A stretch of DNA of 64,000 bases from an uncultured delta proteobacterium (lineage in GTDB: Bacteria > Desulfobacterota > BSN033 > UBA1163), in NCBI GenBank assembly GCA_963708295.1, contig CAVPSJ010000011.1, positions 32,001-96,000 of the forward strand, read 5' to 3'. The notes beneath the pieces are model-generated. The model ran no database searches, was not told the origin of the DNA, and saw nothing but the letters and a program-made list of their open reading frames with translations. A program made the position numbers and the translations under genes. Positions 9,367-18,649 of this stretch are shown in pieces (the first letter of the stretch is position 1; each line of letters begins with the position of its first letter).

Positions 9367-11130
9367 ATGGAAGTTCACCCTTTCACCAGTGAGCCTGTCA
9401 TGGAAGCGGTTCGTCTCTCCGCCCCGGCGATTGCCGTATTAGAGAAAAGATATTTAAGAAAAGACGCCGAAGGTAAAGTCGCTGAATCTCCCGAGGAGAT
9501 GTTCTTGCGTGTCGCAAGGAATATCGCTGAAGCGGAGCGCCTTTATCATACCCCGGCCTCGGTTGAAGCAGTGTCGGAGATCTTTTTTCGACTGATGGCA
9601 TCCTTAGATTTTCTCCCTAACTCGCCTTGCCTGATGAATGCAGGGAGAAACCTCCAGCAGTTATCCGCATGTTTTGTTCTTCCCGTAGAGGACTCGCTCG
9701 ACTCCATTTTTGAAACCGTGAAACAGACGGCTTTGATCCATCAAAGTGGAGGGGGAACCGGGTTTTCGTTCAGCCGTTTGAGACCGAAAGATGACACGGT
9801 TCAATCGACAGGAGGAGGTGCAAGTGGTCCTGCCTCATTCATGAGAGTGTTTAACATGGCTACAGAGGTCATCAAACAGGGAGGGACAAGAAGAGGGGCC
9901 AACATGGGGGTATTGAGAGTTGATCATCCGGATATCATGGAGTTTGTCAACCTGAAAAGAAAGGCTGATGAGATGACAAATTTCAACCTATCCGTGGGGT
10001 TGACAAAAGAATTCATGGAAGCCCTTAAGAAAGAGGGTGAGTACTCTCTGATCAGCCCGAGGACGAGGAAAGAAGTGGGTCGGCTGAAAGCGAGAGAAGT
10101 GTTTGACGCGATTGTGAATGCTGCTTGGGAGACTGGGGATCCGGGAGTCTTATTTTTGGACCGGATTAATGATGCCAATCCCACCCCACAAATAGGAGAT
10201 ATAGAATCCACCAATCCCTGCGGTGAAGTTCCTCTCCTATCCTACGAGCCGTGCGTACTGGGGTCCATCAATCTTTCTCGCATGGTGAAAGAAAGAAATG
10301 GGAGGTGGGAGGCTGATTTTGAGAAGATTAAGGAAACGGTAAAGCATGCCGTCCATTTCTTGGATAATGTGATAGACATGAATCAATACCCTTTGCCGCA
10401 GATCGCACAAATGGCAAAAGGGAACCGAAAGATCGGGCTCGGGGTCATGGGATTGGCCCACTTCTTCATCCGGGTCGGCATTCCCTATAATTCGCCAAAG
10501 GCTTTGGAAGTGGCAAGAGGTTTAATGAGTTTTATCCAGCACCAAGCCAGGGAACGATCGATCGAACTTGCTGAGGAGAGAGGGGTCTTCTCAAATTTCC
10601 TGGGGTCGATCTATAGCAGCAAGGGAATGAAGTTGAGGAACGCTACGTTGACGACCATTGCTCCCACAGGAACTCTAAGCTTGATCGCCGACTGTTCGAG
10701 CGGCATCGAGCCTCTCTTCGCCATTGACTACGTGAGAAGAGCCCTAGAAGGCATGGAGTTTCATATGACGGACCCTCTTTTTCTGGAGTTGGGAGAGAAA
10801 GAGGGGTTCTTAAGCGAAGGATTACTGAAGGCTCTTTCGGAGGGGGCGATGCTTCGGGACCTGCCCGACGTCCCCGAGACGATGAGGAAGCTTTTTATTA
10901 CCGCTTTTGAGATTCCTCCGATCTGGCACATCAAGATTCAAGCGGCTTTTCAGGAGTATACCGATAACGCGGTATCCAAAACAATCAACTTTCCACGGGA
11001 TGCAACAAAAGATGAAGTAGGAGGAGCGTTTCTGACGGCTTATCAAGAAGGATGCAAGGGCATTACCCTCTATCGGAGCGGAAGTAAGCCGAGCCAGGTC
11101 TTAGCCTGCGGAACAAAAGAAGTCTGTTAG
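9367..11130 (+). CDS. nrdJ: Adenosylcobalamin-dependent (class II) ribonucleotide reductase, short form
   Basis: PNSPCLMNAG, LSACFV, GGGTG, RRGANM, TNPCGE, TIAPTGT, SKTIN, KGITLYR. Confidence 0.92.
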   Translation: MEVHPFTSEPVMEAVRLSAPAIAVLEKRYLRKDAEGKVAESPEEMFLRVARNIAEAERLYHTPASVEAVSEIFFRLMASLDFLPNSPCLMNAGRNLQQLSACFVLPVEDSLDSIFETVKQTALIHQSGGGTGFSFSRLRPKDDTVQSTGGGASGPASFMRVFNMATEVIKQGGTRRGANMGVLRVDHPDIMEFVNLKRKADEMTNFNLSVGLTKEFMEALKKEGEYSLISPRTRKEVGRLKAREVFDAIVNAAWETGDPGVLFLDRINDANPTPQIGDIESTNPCGEVPLLSYEPCVLGSINLSRMVKERNGRWEADFEKIKETVKHAVHFLDNVIDMNQYPLPQIAQMAKGNRKIGLGVMGLAHFFIRVGIPYNSPKALEVARGLMSFIQHQARERSIELAEERGVFSNFLGSIYSSKGMKLRNATLTTIAPTGTLSLIADCSSGIEPLFAIDYVRRALEGMEFHMTDPLFLELGEKEGFLSEGLLKALSEGAMLRDLPDVPETMRKLFITAFEIPPIWHIKIQAAFQEYTDNAVSKTINFPRDATKDEVGGAFLTAYQEGCKGITLYRSGSKPSQVLACGTKEVC

Positions 11131-11296
11131 ACAAACGGAATGCACATCGGGCAAAGGGCATGAAGCTCCAAGTTAAGGCTTTTTGCCCTTTTTGATCTGG
11201 ATGGCTCGGAAACCGGAGATTTGAAATTTGTTTTGATTGATCACCTGGAATTTGGGCAACAAGAGGTGACGGAATTCTAATCACGACGGGCGGGTT

Positions 11297-11479
11297 ATGT
11301 ATCCAAGGGTAGACGCCGAAAAATGTAATGGTTGTGGAAACTGTGCCGAAGTCTGTCCCAGTGAAATCTACGAGATCAGAGAAAATAAGTCAGATCCCAT
11401 CCATCCCGAGGAATGTATTGAATGCTGGGCTTGTGTAAACCAATGTCAGACGGAATCGATCCGACTTTGGGAAGATTGA
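11297..11479 (+). CDS. 2x[4Fe-4S] ferredoxin
   Basis: CNGCGNCAEVCP and CIECWACVNQC. Confidence 0.9.
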   Translation: MYPRVDAEKCNGCGNCAEVCPSEIYEIRENKSDPIHPEECIECWACVNQCQTESIRLWED

Positions 11480-11643
11480 CCTGCGGCACCGTCAACTCTC
11501 ACCAGGGGCAACTTTCAGTCAAACGAGTCGAAGGGTTGAAACTCATTCATCGTTAGAAATCACTTGAAAAATCAGGCCGGTTTTCCTATGATGAGAACAG
11601 GATTGTGGTTTCTCAGGAAAGAAGATTGTTAGCTCACGACAGG

Positions 11644-12507
11644 ATGAACATGAAGGATTCACTCCAATTGGAGTCTCCCGCAAAGATCAATCTGAGGCTT
11701 GAGATCCTGAAAAGACGCCCGGATGGATACCATGAGTTGAGAACCGTTTTCCAGAAGATCAGCCTCCACGATACCCTCCATTTCTCTTTAAGAAAGGAGA
11801 AGGGCATTTCCATCGCGGCAGATCATCCAAAGCTTCCCCTCGGAAAGAAGAATTTAGTGTACAAGGCTGCTCAATCCATGTTTAAAGCGTGCGGTTATCG
11901 GGGGGGCGTCCGAATCGAGATTGAGAAAAAAATTCCTCTCGGGGCCGGGTTGGGAGGTGGAAGCAGCAATGCAGCCACGACCTTGATGGCACTTAATCAA
12001 CTCTTGGAAGCGAACCTTTCCCGGAAGGAATTGATGGACGTGGGGTTGGGGATCGGAGCAGATGTCCCTTTCTTCTTTTTGAAGGGTGCTGCCATTGGGT
12101 CAGGAGTCGGTGAGCGACTGAAGAAAGAGGTACTCCCGTCCCTGTGGTACGTGCTTATCTATCCAAATTTCGAGGTTTCGACACGGTGGGCTTACCGGCA
12201 TTTTGTGTTGACAAATCAGCGGTTTCGTATTAATCTTCATAAGTTTTTGAAAACTCCTGAGGGGATTTCTCGCATCCTTTTTAACCATTTGGAAGAAGTG
12301 GTTTCGAAAAGATATCCCGAGATTAGCCTCATGAAGGAATACCTTCTATCTGCCGGCGCTCTGGGCGCTTTGATGACGGGGAGTGGCCCCACCGTTTTTG
12401 GATTCTTTACAGAGGCAAAGAGTGCCGAGGGAGCCTGTGCAAAGATAAAAAAATGGGTCGTGAGGAAAGGGTGGGCCGTTTTTGAGGCACGTGCTCTCGC
12501 TGTCTGA
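11644..12507 (+). CDS. ispE: 4-diphosphocytidyl-2-C-methyl-D-erythritol kinase
   Basis: SPAKINLRL..RPDGYHEL, KKIPLGAGLGGGSSNAA, GADVPFF, MTGSGPTVF; start uncertain. Confidence 0.96.
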   Translation: MNMKDSLQLESPAKINLRLEILKRRPDGYHELRTVFQKISLHDTLHFSLRKEKGISIAADHPKLPLGKKNLVYKAAQSMFKACGYRGGVRIEIEKKIPLGAGLGGGSSNAATTLMALNQLLEANLSRKELMDVGLGIGADVPFFFLKGAAIGSGVGERLKKEVLPSLWYVLIYPNFEVSTRWAYRHFVLTNQRFRINLHKFLKTPEGISRILFNHLEEVVSKRYPEISLMKEYLLSAGALGALMTGSGPTVFGFFTEAKSAEGACAKIKKWVVRKGWAVFEARALAV

Positions 12508-12576
12508 TACCGGGCATGTTCCCAACATCCAATCCCGATAGATGATCGTAATTGATTTAATAAGGAGGAACGAGAG

Positions 12577-12743
12577 AACTCAAACTCGAAGCACGAAACC
12601 CAGGTGAAGGATCATAGGGATCCATTCGAAACAAATTCAAATTTTCCGGGTCAAAGTTCCAAACAGAAATGTCCAGCAATTTTTGAATTCAGCCATTTGG
12701 ATTTTACAGTTGTTTCGAATTTCGATATTCGGATTCAGAATTT
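12577..12743. repeat. Palindromic heptamer-repeat element
   Basis: tcgaagcacgaaa...ttcgaaacaaattcaaa left arm; ttgtttcgaatttcgatattcggattcagaattt right arm. Confidence 0.65.
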
Positions 12744-12756
12744 GCTGATTAAAGAT

Positions 12757-12831
12757 TGGGGTGTCGTCAAGCGGTAAGACACAGGTCTTTGGAACCTGGA
12801 TTCGGAGGTTCGAATCCTCCCACCCCAGCCA
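12757..12831 (+). tRNA. tRNA-Gln (TTG)
   Basis: Cloverleaf TGGGGTG...CACCCCA-GCCA; anticodon arm caggt-ctTTGga-acctg; TTCGAAT loop; usual ispE-tRNA-Gln-prs position. Confidence 0.97.
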
Positions 12832-12932
12832 TTTTGAGAAGTCGGAAAGTCGAAAGTAGAGGGGGGGGTGAAGAAGATCACAAATCGACACGCCACGTTT
12901 TCACTTTCCGCTCACCGAACGATGAGGCGCTC

Positions 12933-13907
12933 ATGAGTAAAAAAAGAGTGGTTGTCAACCCAGGACAGGATTTAAGTTGGTTGAGAGTATTCACTGGAAA
13001 TTCAAACATCCCGTTGGTCCAAAAAATCTGTGACCAGTTGGGTACCCCTCTCGGGAAATCCGTGGTGAGCACCTTCAGCGACGGAGAGATTCATGTTGAG
13101 ATTGATGAAAGCGTGCGAGGGATGGACGTTTTCGTGATCCAGTCTATTTCTTTTCCTGTGAATGACAATCTGATGGAACTGCTGATTTTGATCGATGCCC
13201 TGAAAAGAGCTTCCGCCGAGAGGATTACCGCTGTCATGCCCTACTATGGCTATGCCAGGCAAGACCGTAAAGTTCTTCCTCGAGCACCGATCTCCGCAAA
13301 GTTGGTCGCAGACTTGATCACCACCGCGGGGGCGTCTCGAATTCTCACCGTCGACCTTCACGCCGGCCAAATTCAGGGTTTTTTCAATATCCCGGTGGAT
13401 CATTTATTTGCTGCCCCGGTGCTGTTGGAACACCTCAGGCTGCTACGCAACGATATCGTCATTGTTTCACCGGATGCGGGCGGAGTGGAGAGGGCTCGGG
13501 CCTATGCGAAAAGATTAGACGCTTCCTTAGCCATCATTGATAAGCGGAGGGATTCTCCGAATGTCTCCCAAGTCATGAATATCATCGGGGATGTGAATGG
13601 CATGACCGCCTTCTTGGTGGATGACATCGTGGATACAGGGGGAACGCTGGCCCGGGCAGCAAATGCTTTGATTGAAAAAGGAGCGAGAGGCGTTTATGCT
13701 TGTTGTACCCATCCGATCCTCTCAGGAAAAGCCGTGAAGATGATCTCAGAATCACCCATTGTCGAGATGATCGTTACGGATACCGTTCCACTTAGCGAAG
13801 AAGCCAGAGCGTGCCCAAAGATCAAAGTTGTTTCGATCGCCGGTCTTTTAGCCGATGCTATTCGAAGAATCTATGAAGACGAATCGGTGAGTTGCCTGTT
13901 TGTCTGA
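12933..13907 (+). CDS. prs: Ribose-phosphate pyrophosphokinase
   Basis: FSDGE, PYYGYARQDRK, DLHAGQIQGFF, VSPDAGG, VDDIVDTGGT. Confidence 0.97.
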   Translation: MSKKRVVVNPGQDLSWLRVFTGNSNIPLVQKICDQLGTPLGKSVVSTFSDGEIHVEIDESVRGMDVFVIQSISFPVNDNLMELLILIDALKRASAERITAVMPYYGYARQDRKVLPRAPISAKLVADLITTAGASRILTVDLHAGQIQGFFNIPVDHLFAAPVLLEHLRLLRNDIVIVSPDAGGVERARAYAKRLDASLAIIDKRRDSPNVSQVMNIIGDVNGMTAFLVDDIVDTGGTLARAANALIEKGARGVYACCTHPILSGKAVKMISESPIVEMIVTDTVPLSEEARACPKIKVVSIAGLLADAIRRIYEDESVSCLFV

Positions 13908-13990
13908 AGGTCCCTGTTCTGATGAAGGGATTCGTAACGAATATTCCACGAGTGACATTCACGAGTGCAAATCAATAAAAGGAGCGACCC

Positions 13991-14665
13991 ATGCAAAGAC
14001 CCATTTTGACAGCTGAGATTCGAGAAGGGGTTGGAAAGGAGAAGGCGAAAAAACTCCGGTCCAAAGGCCTGATCCCTGCCATTTTCTATGGCCCGCGGGC
14101 TCAGACGATCCCTTTGGTCATTCATTCTAAGGAATTAGCCAAGGCTCTTCAGACAGAAGCAGGGGAAAACGTCTTAATTGACCTTGACATTCGAAAAGGG
14201 CCTGAGTCAGACCGCAAGGTGGTGATGCTGAAAGACATTCAAATTCACCCTCTCCTCAGGGTAACCCTTCATACGGATTTTTATGAGGTGGCCATGGATG
14301 AGGTGGTGACCGTTGAAGTTCCAGTTCACCTGATCGGGAAGCCTGAAGGGACCAAAGTGGGAGGGATCCTTGAGCAGGTCCGAAGGACCATACAGGTACA
14401 ATGCCTCCCCGGAGATATTCCCAAGGGCATCGATGTCGACGTGAGTGGTTTAATGATTGGTGATTCGATTCACGTGCAGGATATTAAAGCGGAGAAAGCA
14501 AAAATTATTTCAGATACGAACTTCACCATCGCCACCGTCGTGCCGCCAGCGGTAGAGGAGAAGGTTGCGGAAGCAGCAGCTCCTGAGGCTGTGGAAGAAG
14601 GGGCCGAGGTGAAGGAGAAGGAAGAAGAAGGGAAGGAGGAGAAAGGGAAGGAGGAAAAAAAATAG
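13991..14665 (+). CDS. rplY: 50S ribosomal protein L25/Ctc (long form)
   Basis: IPAIFYG, HTDF, VPVHLIG..G.KVGG, acidic tail; between prs and pth. Confidence 0.95.
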   Translation: MQRPILTAEIREGVGKEKAKKLRSKGLIPAIFYGPRAQTIPLVIHSKELAKALQTEAGENVLIDLDIRKGPESDRKVVMLKDIQIHPLLRVTLHTDFYEVAMDEVVTVEVPVHLIGKPEGTKVGGILEQVRRTIQVQCLPGDIPKGIDVDVSGLMIGDSIHVQDIKAEKAKIISDTNFTIATVVPPAVEEKVAEAAAPEAVEEGAEVKEKEEEGKEEKGKEEKK

Positions 14666-14671
14666 ACACGC

Positions 14672-15262
14672 GTGAAGATCATCGTGGGCCTGGGCAATCC
14701 TGGAACCGAATATCGAATGAGCAGGCATAATATTGGATTTCAGGTGGTGGATCGTATCGCCCAAATAAACCACATTTCTATCCGCACCAGACGTTTTAGA
14801 TCTTTTTACGGAACAGGACGGATCAATTCTCAGCAGGTCATCTTGGCCAAGCCCATGACGTTCATGAATCGAAGCGGAGAGGCGGTCAAGAAAGCAACTG
14901 ATTTTTTCCACTTGGGGATGGAAGATCTCGTCGTTGTTCATGACGATTTAGACCTTCCTTTCGGCAGGCTTCGTTTTAAACGAAGAGGAGGGGACGGAGG
15001 ACATCAGGGAGTTCGTTCCATTATCGAAAGGATGGGCGGAAATAATTTTTTGAGGCTGAAGGTCGGTGTTGGAAGACCTCCCCAGGGCCTGGATTCAGCC
15101 GATTATGTGCTGGAGGTTTTTGACAGAATTGAGCAGTCCCTTTTGGATCAAATCCTTCCTTTGGCTGCAGAATCCCTGAAGGTCATGCTTCTAGAAGGAC
15201 TTGAAAAGGCGATGAATCAGTTTCAGAAAAGGAGTGAGCGGCCTGTTTCACCTCTCGCATGA
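14672..15262 (+). CDS. pth: Peptidyl-tRNA hydrolase
   Basis: IVGLGNPG, RHNIGF, KPMTFMNRSG, VHDDLD, GGHQG. Confidence 0.96.
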   Translation: MKIIVGLGNPGTEYRMSRHNIGFQVVDRIAQINHISIRTRRFRSFYGTGRINSQQVILAKPMTFMNRSGEAVKKATDFFHLGMEDLVVVHDDLDLPFGRLRFKRRGGDGGHQGVRSIIERMGGNNFLRLKVGVGRPPQGLDSADYVLEVFDRIEQSLLDQILPLAAESLKVMLLEGLEKAMNQFQKRSERPVSPLA

Positions 15263-15307
15263 ATTTTCCGATTTCCCTTTATACCCGATCCCTTCAGTCA
15301 TGGATTT

Positions 15308-16183
15308 TCATTCGCCCTTCTCGATTTCCATGAAAATCTTTCCGTGATGGAAAATTCTCACTCCTCCTGTTTCCTCTGAGATGACAATGGCCAGGGCGTC
15401 GGTCAGGCTGGTAATCCCGGCGGCGGCTCGATGCCGACTCCCGAGACCCAAGGGTATTTCGATATTATCGCCCGAGACATCCAGATGACGGCCGGCGGCC
15501 AAGATGACGCCGTCATCGCGGAATATGAACGCCCCGTCAATCGACGAGAACTCCTTAACGGTTTCTTTCAGCCTGGAGTCCAAAATATTTCTTTCCTCTT
15601 CGGGATATCCCTGAAAGGGATTGATAACCATGGGGTGCGAGAACTTAAAAACGTCCTCATGCCTTCCGAGGACAAAAATGGTTCCAACAGGCTTTCTCCC
15701 CTCCTTTCCCTGTATCGAAATCTCTAAAGCAAGACTGAGAACTGTCTCGAAAACTTCGGGTTTCACGATCTCAGAGATCACTGGAAGATCGGAAGAGGAG
15801 ATGATTTCAAACTCTTTCCCAAATTCGAGAATCAGGAGGTTATCCAGGATTTTTGTTTGGGGAATTCCAGAAAGGCAGATCCATTTATCTCCCTTTCTAA
15901 CCAGACTCTTGGAGAGGGCCTGGATGATAGCCATCTTCATTTGATTTATTCGACCCAGGGGGGCATCGGGAATTCGAAGTACTTTTTTGAAGACGGAGGC
16001 CGCTTCCTGAAAGGAGGATTCATCCTTGATCGCCAGGATCAGATCAACCTGTTTTTCCTGACCGATGGTGGCTAAGGCTTCGTAATCCTCGATGGGATCG
16101 GCATAAAGCAGGACACCTTTCGAGCGGGTTTTTCTTGAGATGGTACAGGCCGTCTCCACCATGATACGATTCTGCCGCTTCAC
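15308..16183 (-). CDS. Diadenylate cyclase (DisA_N/DAC domain), DacZ-like architecture
   Basis: Catalytic DGA (FSSIDGAF) and RHR (GSRHRAAA) motifs, ISEETG; soluble N-terminal domain; GTG start after GGAGGT. Confidence 0.85.
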   Translation of the reverse strand: MKRQNRIMVETACTISRKTRSKGVLLYADPIEDYEALATIGQEKQVDLILAIKDESSFQEAASVFKKVLRIPDAPLGRINQMKMAIIQALSKSLVRKGDKWICLSGIPQTKILDNLLILEFGKEFEIISSSDLPVISEIVKPEVFETVLSLALEISIQGKEGRKPVGTIFVLGRHEDVFKFSHPMVINPFQGYPEEERNILDSRLKETVKEFSSIDGAFIFRDDGVILAAGRHLDVSGDNIEIPLGLGSRHRAAAGITSLTDALAIVISEETGGVRIFHHGKIFMEIEKGE

Positions 16184-16413
16184 TCGGACCTCCCGGCGCG
16201 TTCCAGATTGAGAAGCCAGGTCACGCGCTCTTAAATCATCAGAGTCTTTATTTTCTCTTCCTTTTATTATACAAGTATTGACATGGAATGCTATCGAAAA
16301 TTTAGGGTTGAGATCCGAAGCGCCTGCCCGCGCAAGTACCGACTCGGGAGAGGAAAATAAGGATTCCGAAACCAAATGTCTGATTTGCCGAAAGATCAAC
16401 AGGGGGGGAATGA

Positions 16414-17508
16414 ATGGGGTTTCGATGCGGGATCGTCGGCCTTCCAAATGTGGGAAAGTCAACGATCTTTAACGCCCTGACAGCAGCGGGTGCAGCGGTG
16501 GCGAGTTACCGTTTCTGTACGATCGACCCCAACATAGGCATTGTACCCGTTCCGGATAGAAGGCTGGAAACGCTCGCCAAGTTAATCCATCCTAAAAAGG
16601 TAATTTCCACTACTCTCGAATTTTTCGACATTGCCGGACTTGTTAAGGGGGCAAGCAAGGGGGAAGGGCTGGGAAATCAGTTTCTGGATCACATCCGGAA
16701 TGTCGATGCCATTGCGCACACGGTCCGTTGCTTCATGAATGAAAATGTGGCCCATGAGTTGGGTTCGATTGATCCGGGGAGGGATATTGACGCCGTCCAT
16801 ACCGAGCTCCTCCTCGCCGATCTTCAGACTTTAGAGAAGAGAATGGCGAAGACAGATAAGATGCACCGGGTGGGCGCCAAAGAAGCCACGTTGGAGCTTG
16901 AAGTCTACCGAGAAGTCCAATCCGTTCTGAATGAGGGCCGGTGGGCAAGAAGCATCCACATGACCGGAGAGCAAGAAGCAGTCTTCCTGGATCTTCACCT
17001 TCTCACGGCAAAGCCTGTTTTTTATGTCGCCAATGTGGACCAGAAAGAACTCAAAGGGGAGGGGGCTTGCTTAAAGTTCGTCACGGAGCGAGCCGCCGAG
17101 GAGGGGAACAAAGTGGTTCCCATTTGTGGCGATCTAGAGGCAGAGCTTGCACAACTGAAGGAGGAGGAACGAGAAGAGTTCAGAAGCGAATTGGGGCTGG
17201 AGGGATCGAGTCTGGAGCGGTTGGTTGAGGCGGGCTACAGCACGTTGTCACTGGTCACGTTTTACACGACGGTTAGCTCTGAACTCAAGGCTTGGACGGT
17301 TCCAAGCGGCACCCCTGCTCCTAAAGCTGCGGGGAGGATTCACAGCGATATGGAGAAAGGATTTATCCGAGCAGAGGTCATTCCCTTCTCTGACTTTGTT
17401 GCTTGTGGTACCGAGCACGCGGCTAGGGAAAGAGGCCTGCTGCATTCCGAGGGAAAAGATTATTTTATCCAGGATGGAGATATTATCCACTTCCGTTTTA
17501 ACGTATAG
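16414..17508 (+). CDS. ychF: Redox-regulated ATPase YchF
   Basis: GIVGLPNVGKST, DIAGLVKGASKGEGLGNQFL, IHSDMEKGFIRAE, FRFNV. Confidence 0.97.
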   Translation: MGFRCGIVGLPNVGKSTIFNALTAAGAAVASYRFCTIDPNIGIVPVPDRRLETLAKLIHPKKVISTTLEFFDIAGLVKGASKGEGLGNQFLDHIRNVDAIAHTVRCFMNENVAHELGSIDPGRDIDAVHTELLLADLQTLEKRMAKTDKMHRVGAKEATLELEVYREVQSVLNEGRWARSIHMTGEQEAVFLDLHLLTAKPVFYVANVDQKELKGEGACLKFVTERAAEEGNKVVPICGDLEAELAQLKEEEREEFRSELGLEGSSLERLVEAGYSTLSLVTFYTTVSSELKAWTVPSGTPAPKAAGRIHSDMEKGFIRAEVIPFSDFVACGTEHAARERGLLHSEGKDYFIQDGDIIHFRFNV

Positions 17509-17657
17509 TGGATTATTATAAATCCGCGGCACGAAGTCTGAAGAACCGTAAGGCCATCCGGTGCAAGTTCCAAGGGGTTTTAGCTCGTTACCCCAACGCC
17601 TTATTCCTTACGGATAAGTGATTTCGATATTCGGATGTCGAATTGAGGGGGGACGGC

Positions 17658-18233
17658 ATGAAATTAACAAGGTATCTCGTCTACATGATTCCCATTGTTT
17701 GGGCTTTTCTCAAGGATCTCGTGTGGGAAGATTTTTCTTTTGGAGAGATCAGGGTCAACTATCTTTTCGGGAAAGCCAATGCTTATGACCGTGCCGATTT
17801 GCTTAGGAAAGCGGTCAGGATCTACAAAGAAATATTGAGAAAGGACTCCAATCGCATTGCCGTTTTCCTAAACCTGGGGGGGCTTTACTACCGCAGAGGC
17901 ATGTTTGAGACCGCCATTCCCTACTACGAAAAGGTCATCCGCGCGAACCCGAAGCACTACCAGGGTCACTATTGGTTGGCCATGTGTTTTTGGAAGTTGC
18001 AACGATATCACGCGGCCATTAATACTCTTGAAGAGGTCATCCATTTCTTGCCCACCTTTAAGGATGCTCTCAACCTGATGGGCGAATGTTACGAGCAAAT
18101 AGGCGAGGGGGCGAGAGCGGAACGTTGTTATCTCAAAGCGATCAGTACCGATCCAGATGGAATTGTTGCTCACGGGGGTGTGTTGGACAGCTGGTCCCAG
18201 GAAAAAAAGAAGGAACAGAGGCTAAAACACTAA
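17658..18233 (+). CDS. Tetratricopeptide repeat protein
   Basis: Three to four TPR motifs (NLGGLYY...AIPYYEKVI..NP; LAMCF; LMGECY..AERCYLKAI). Confidence 0.8.
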   Translation: MKLTRYLVYMIPIVWAFLKDLVWEDFSFGEIRVNYLFGKANAYDRADLLRKAVRIYKEILRKDSNRIAVFLNLGGLYYRRGMFETAIPYYEKVIRANPKHYQGHYWLAMCFWKLQRYHAAINTLEEVIHFLPTFKDALNLMGECYEQIGEGARAERCYLKAISTDPDGIVAHGGVLDSWSQEKKKEQRLKH

Positions 18234-18573
18234 TAGAACGCCCCTTGAAGACTTTCTTCTGTGACCACCCTTGATTGACGATATCGGGCGGACGTAACTG
18301 CGACGGGGGTGGGGAGGGGAAGGGTGATCAGAAAGGGAGAGAGTAAGCGGTAAGCTCGCCCTAGCGGCGAGGTCACCATCAACCATTGGATGAATGACCC
18401 CTTTTCAGAAGTCCCTGGTCGCCTGTCCGCTTTGACGGGTGGCCACCAGGAGCACGCCGTTTCGGCATCCAAGAATGTCAATGCATGGACATCCTGTCCA
18501 AAATCTGACCATCTTTTGGCCCCCTCTGCGATAAAACATCCTTAAGAATCAACAAATAATCCAGGCGTCGTTT

Positions 18574-18590
18574 CTGGCACAAAAAATGCT
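18574..18590 (+). promoter_or_regulatory. Sigma54 promoter
   Basis: CTGGCAC-AAAAA-ATGCT (GG-N10-GC), with an IHF-like AATCAA just upstream. Confidence 0.65.
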
Positions 18591-18649
18591 GCCTATTCAT
18601 GATGCCGATTTAACCACAGGCATGAACTTATCCATTGGGAGCGGTTCGA

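Noticed and set aside
12756-12932. N-terminal extension of prs in the ORF track
   Set aside because: It overlaps tRNA-Gln; the real start is at or after ATG 12933.
16184-16462. N-terminal extension of the diadenylate cyclase ORF
   Set aside because: It overlaps the ychF start and the divergent promoter region; the RBS supports GTG at 16183.
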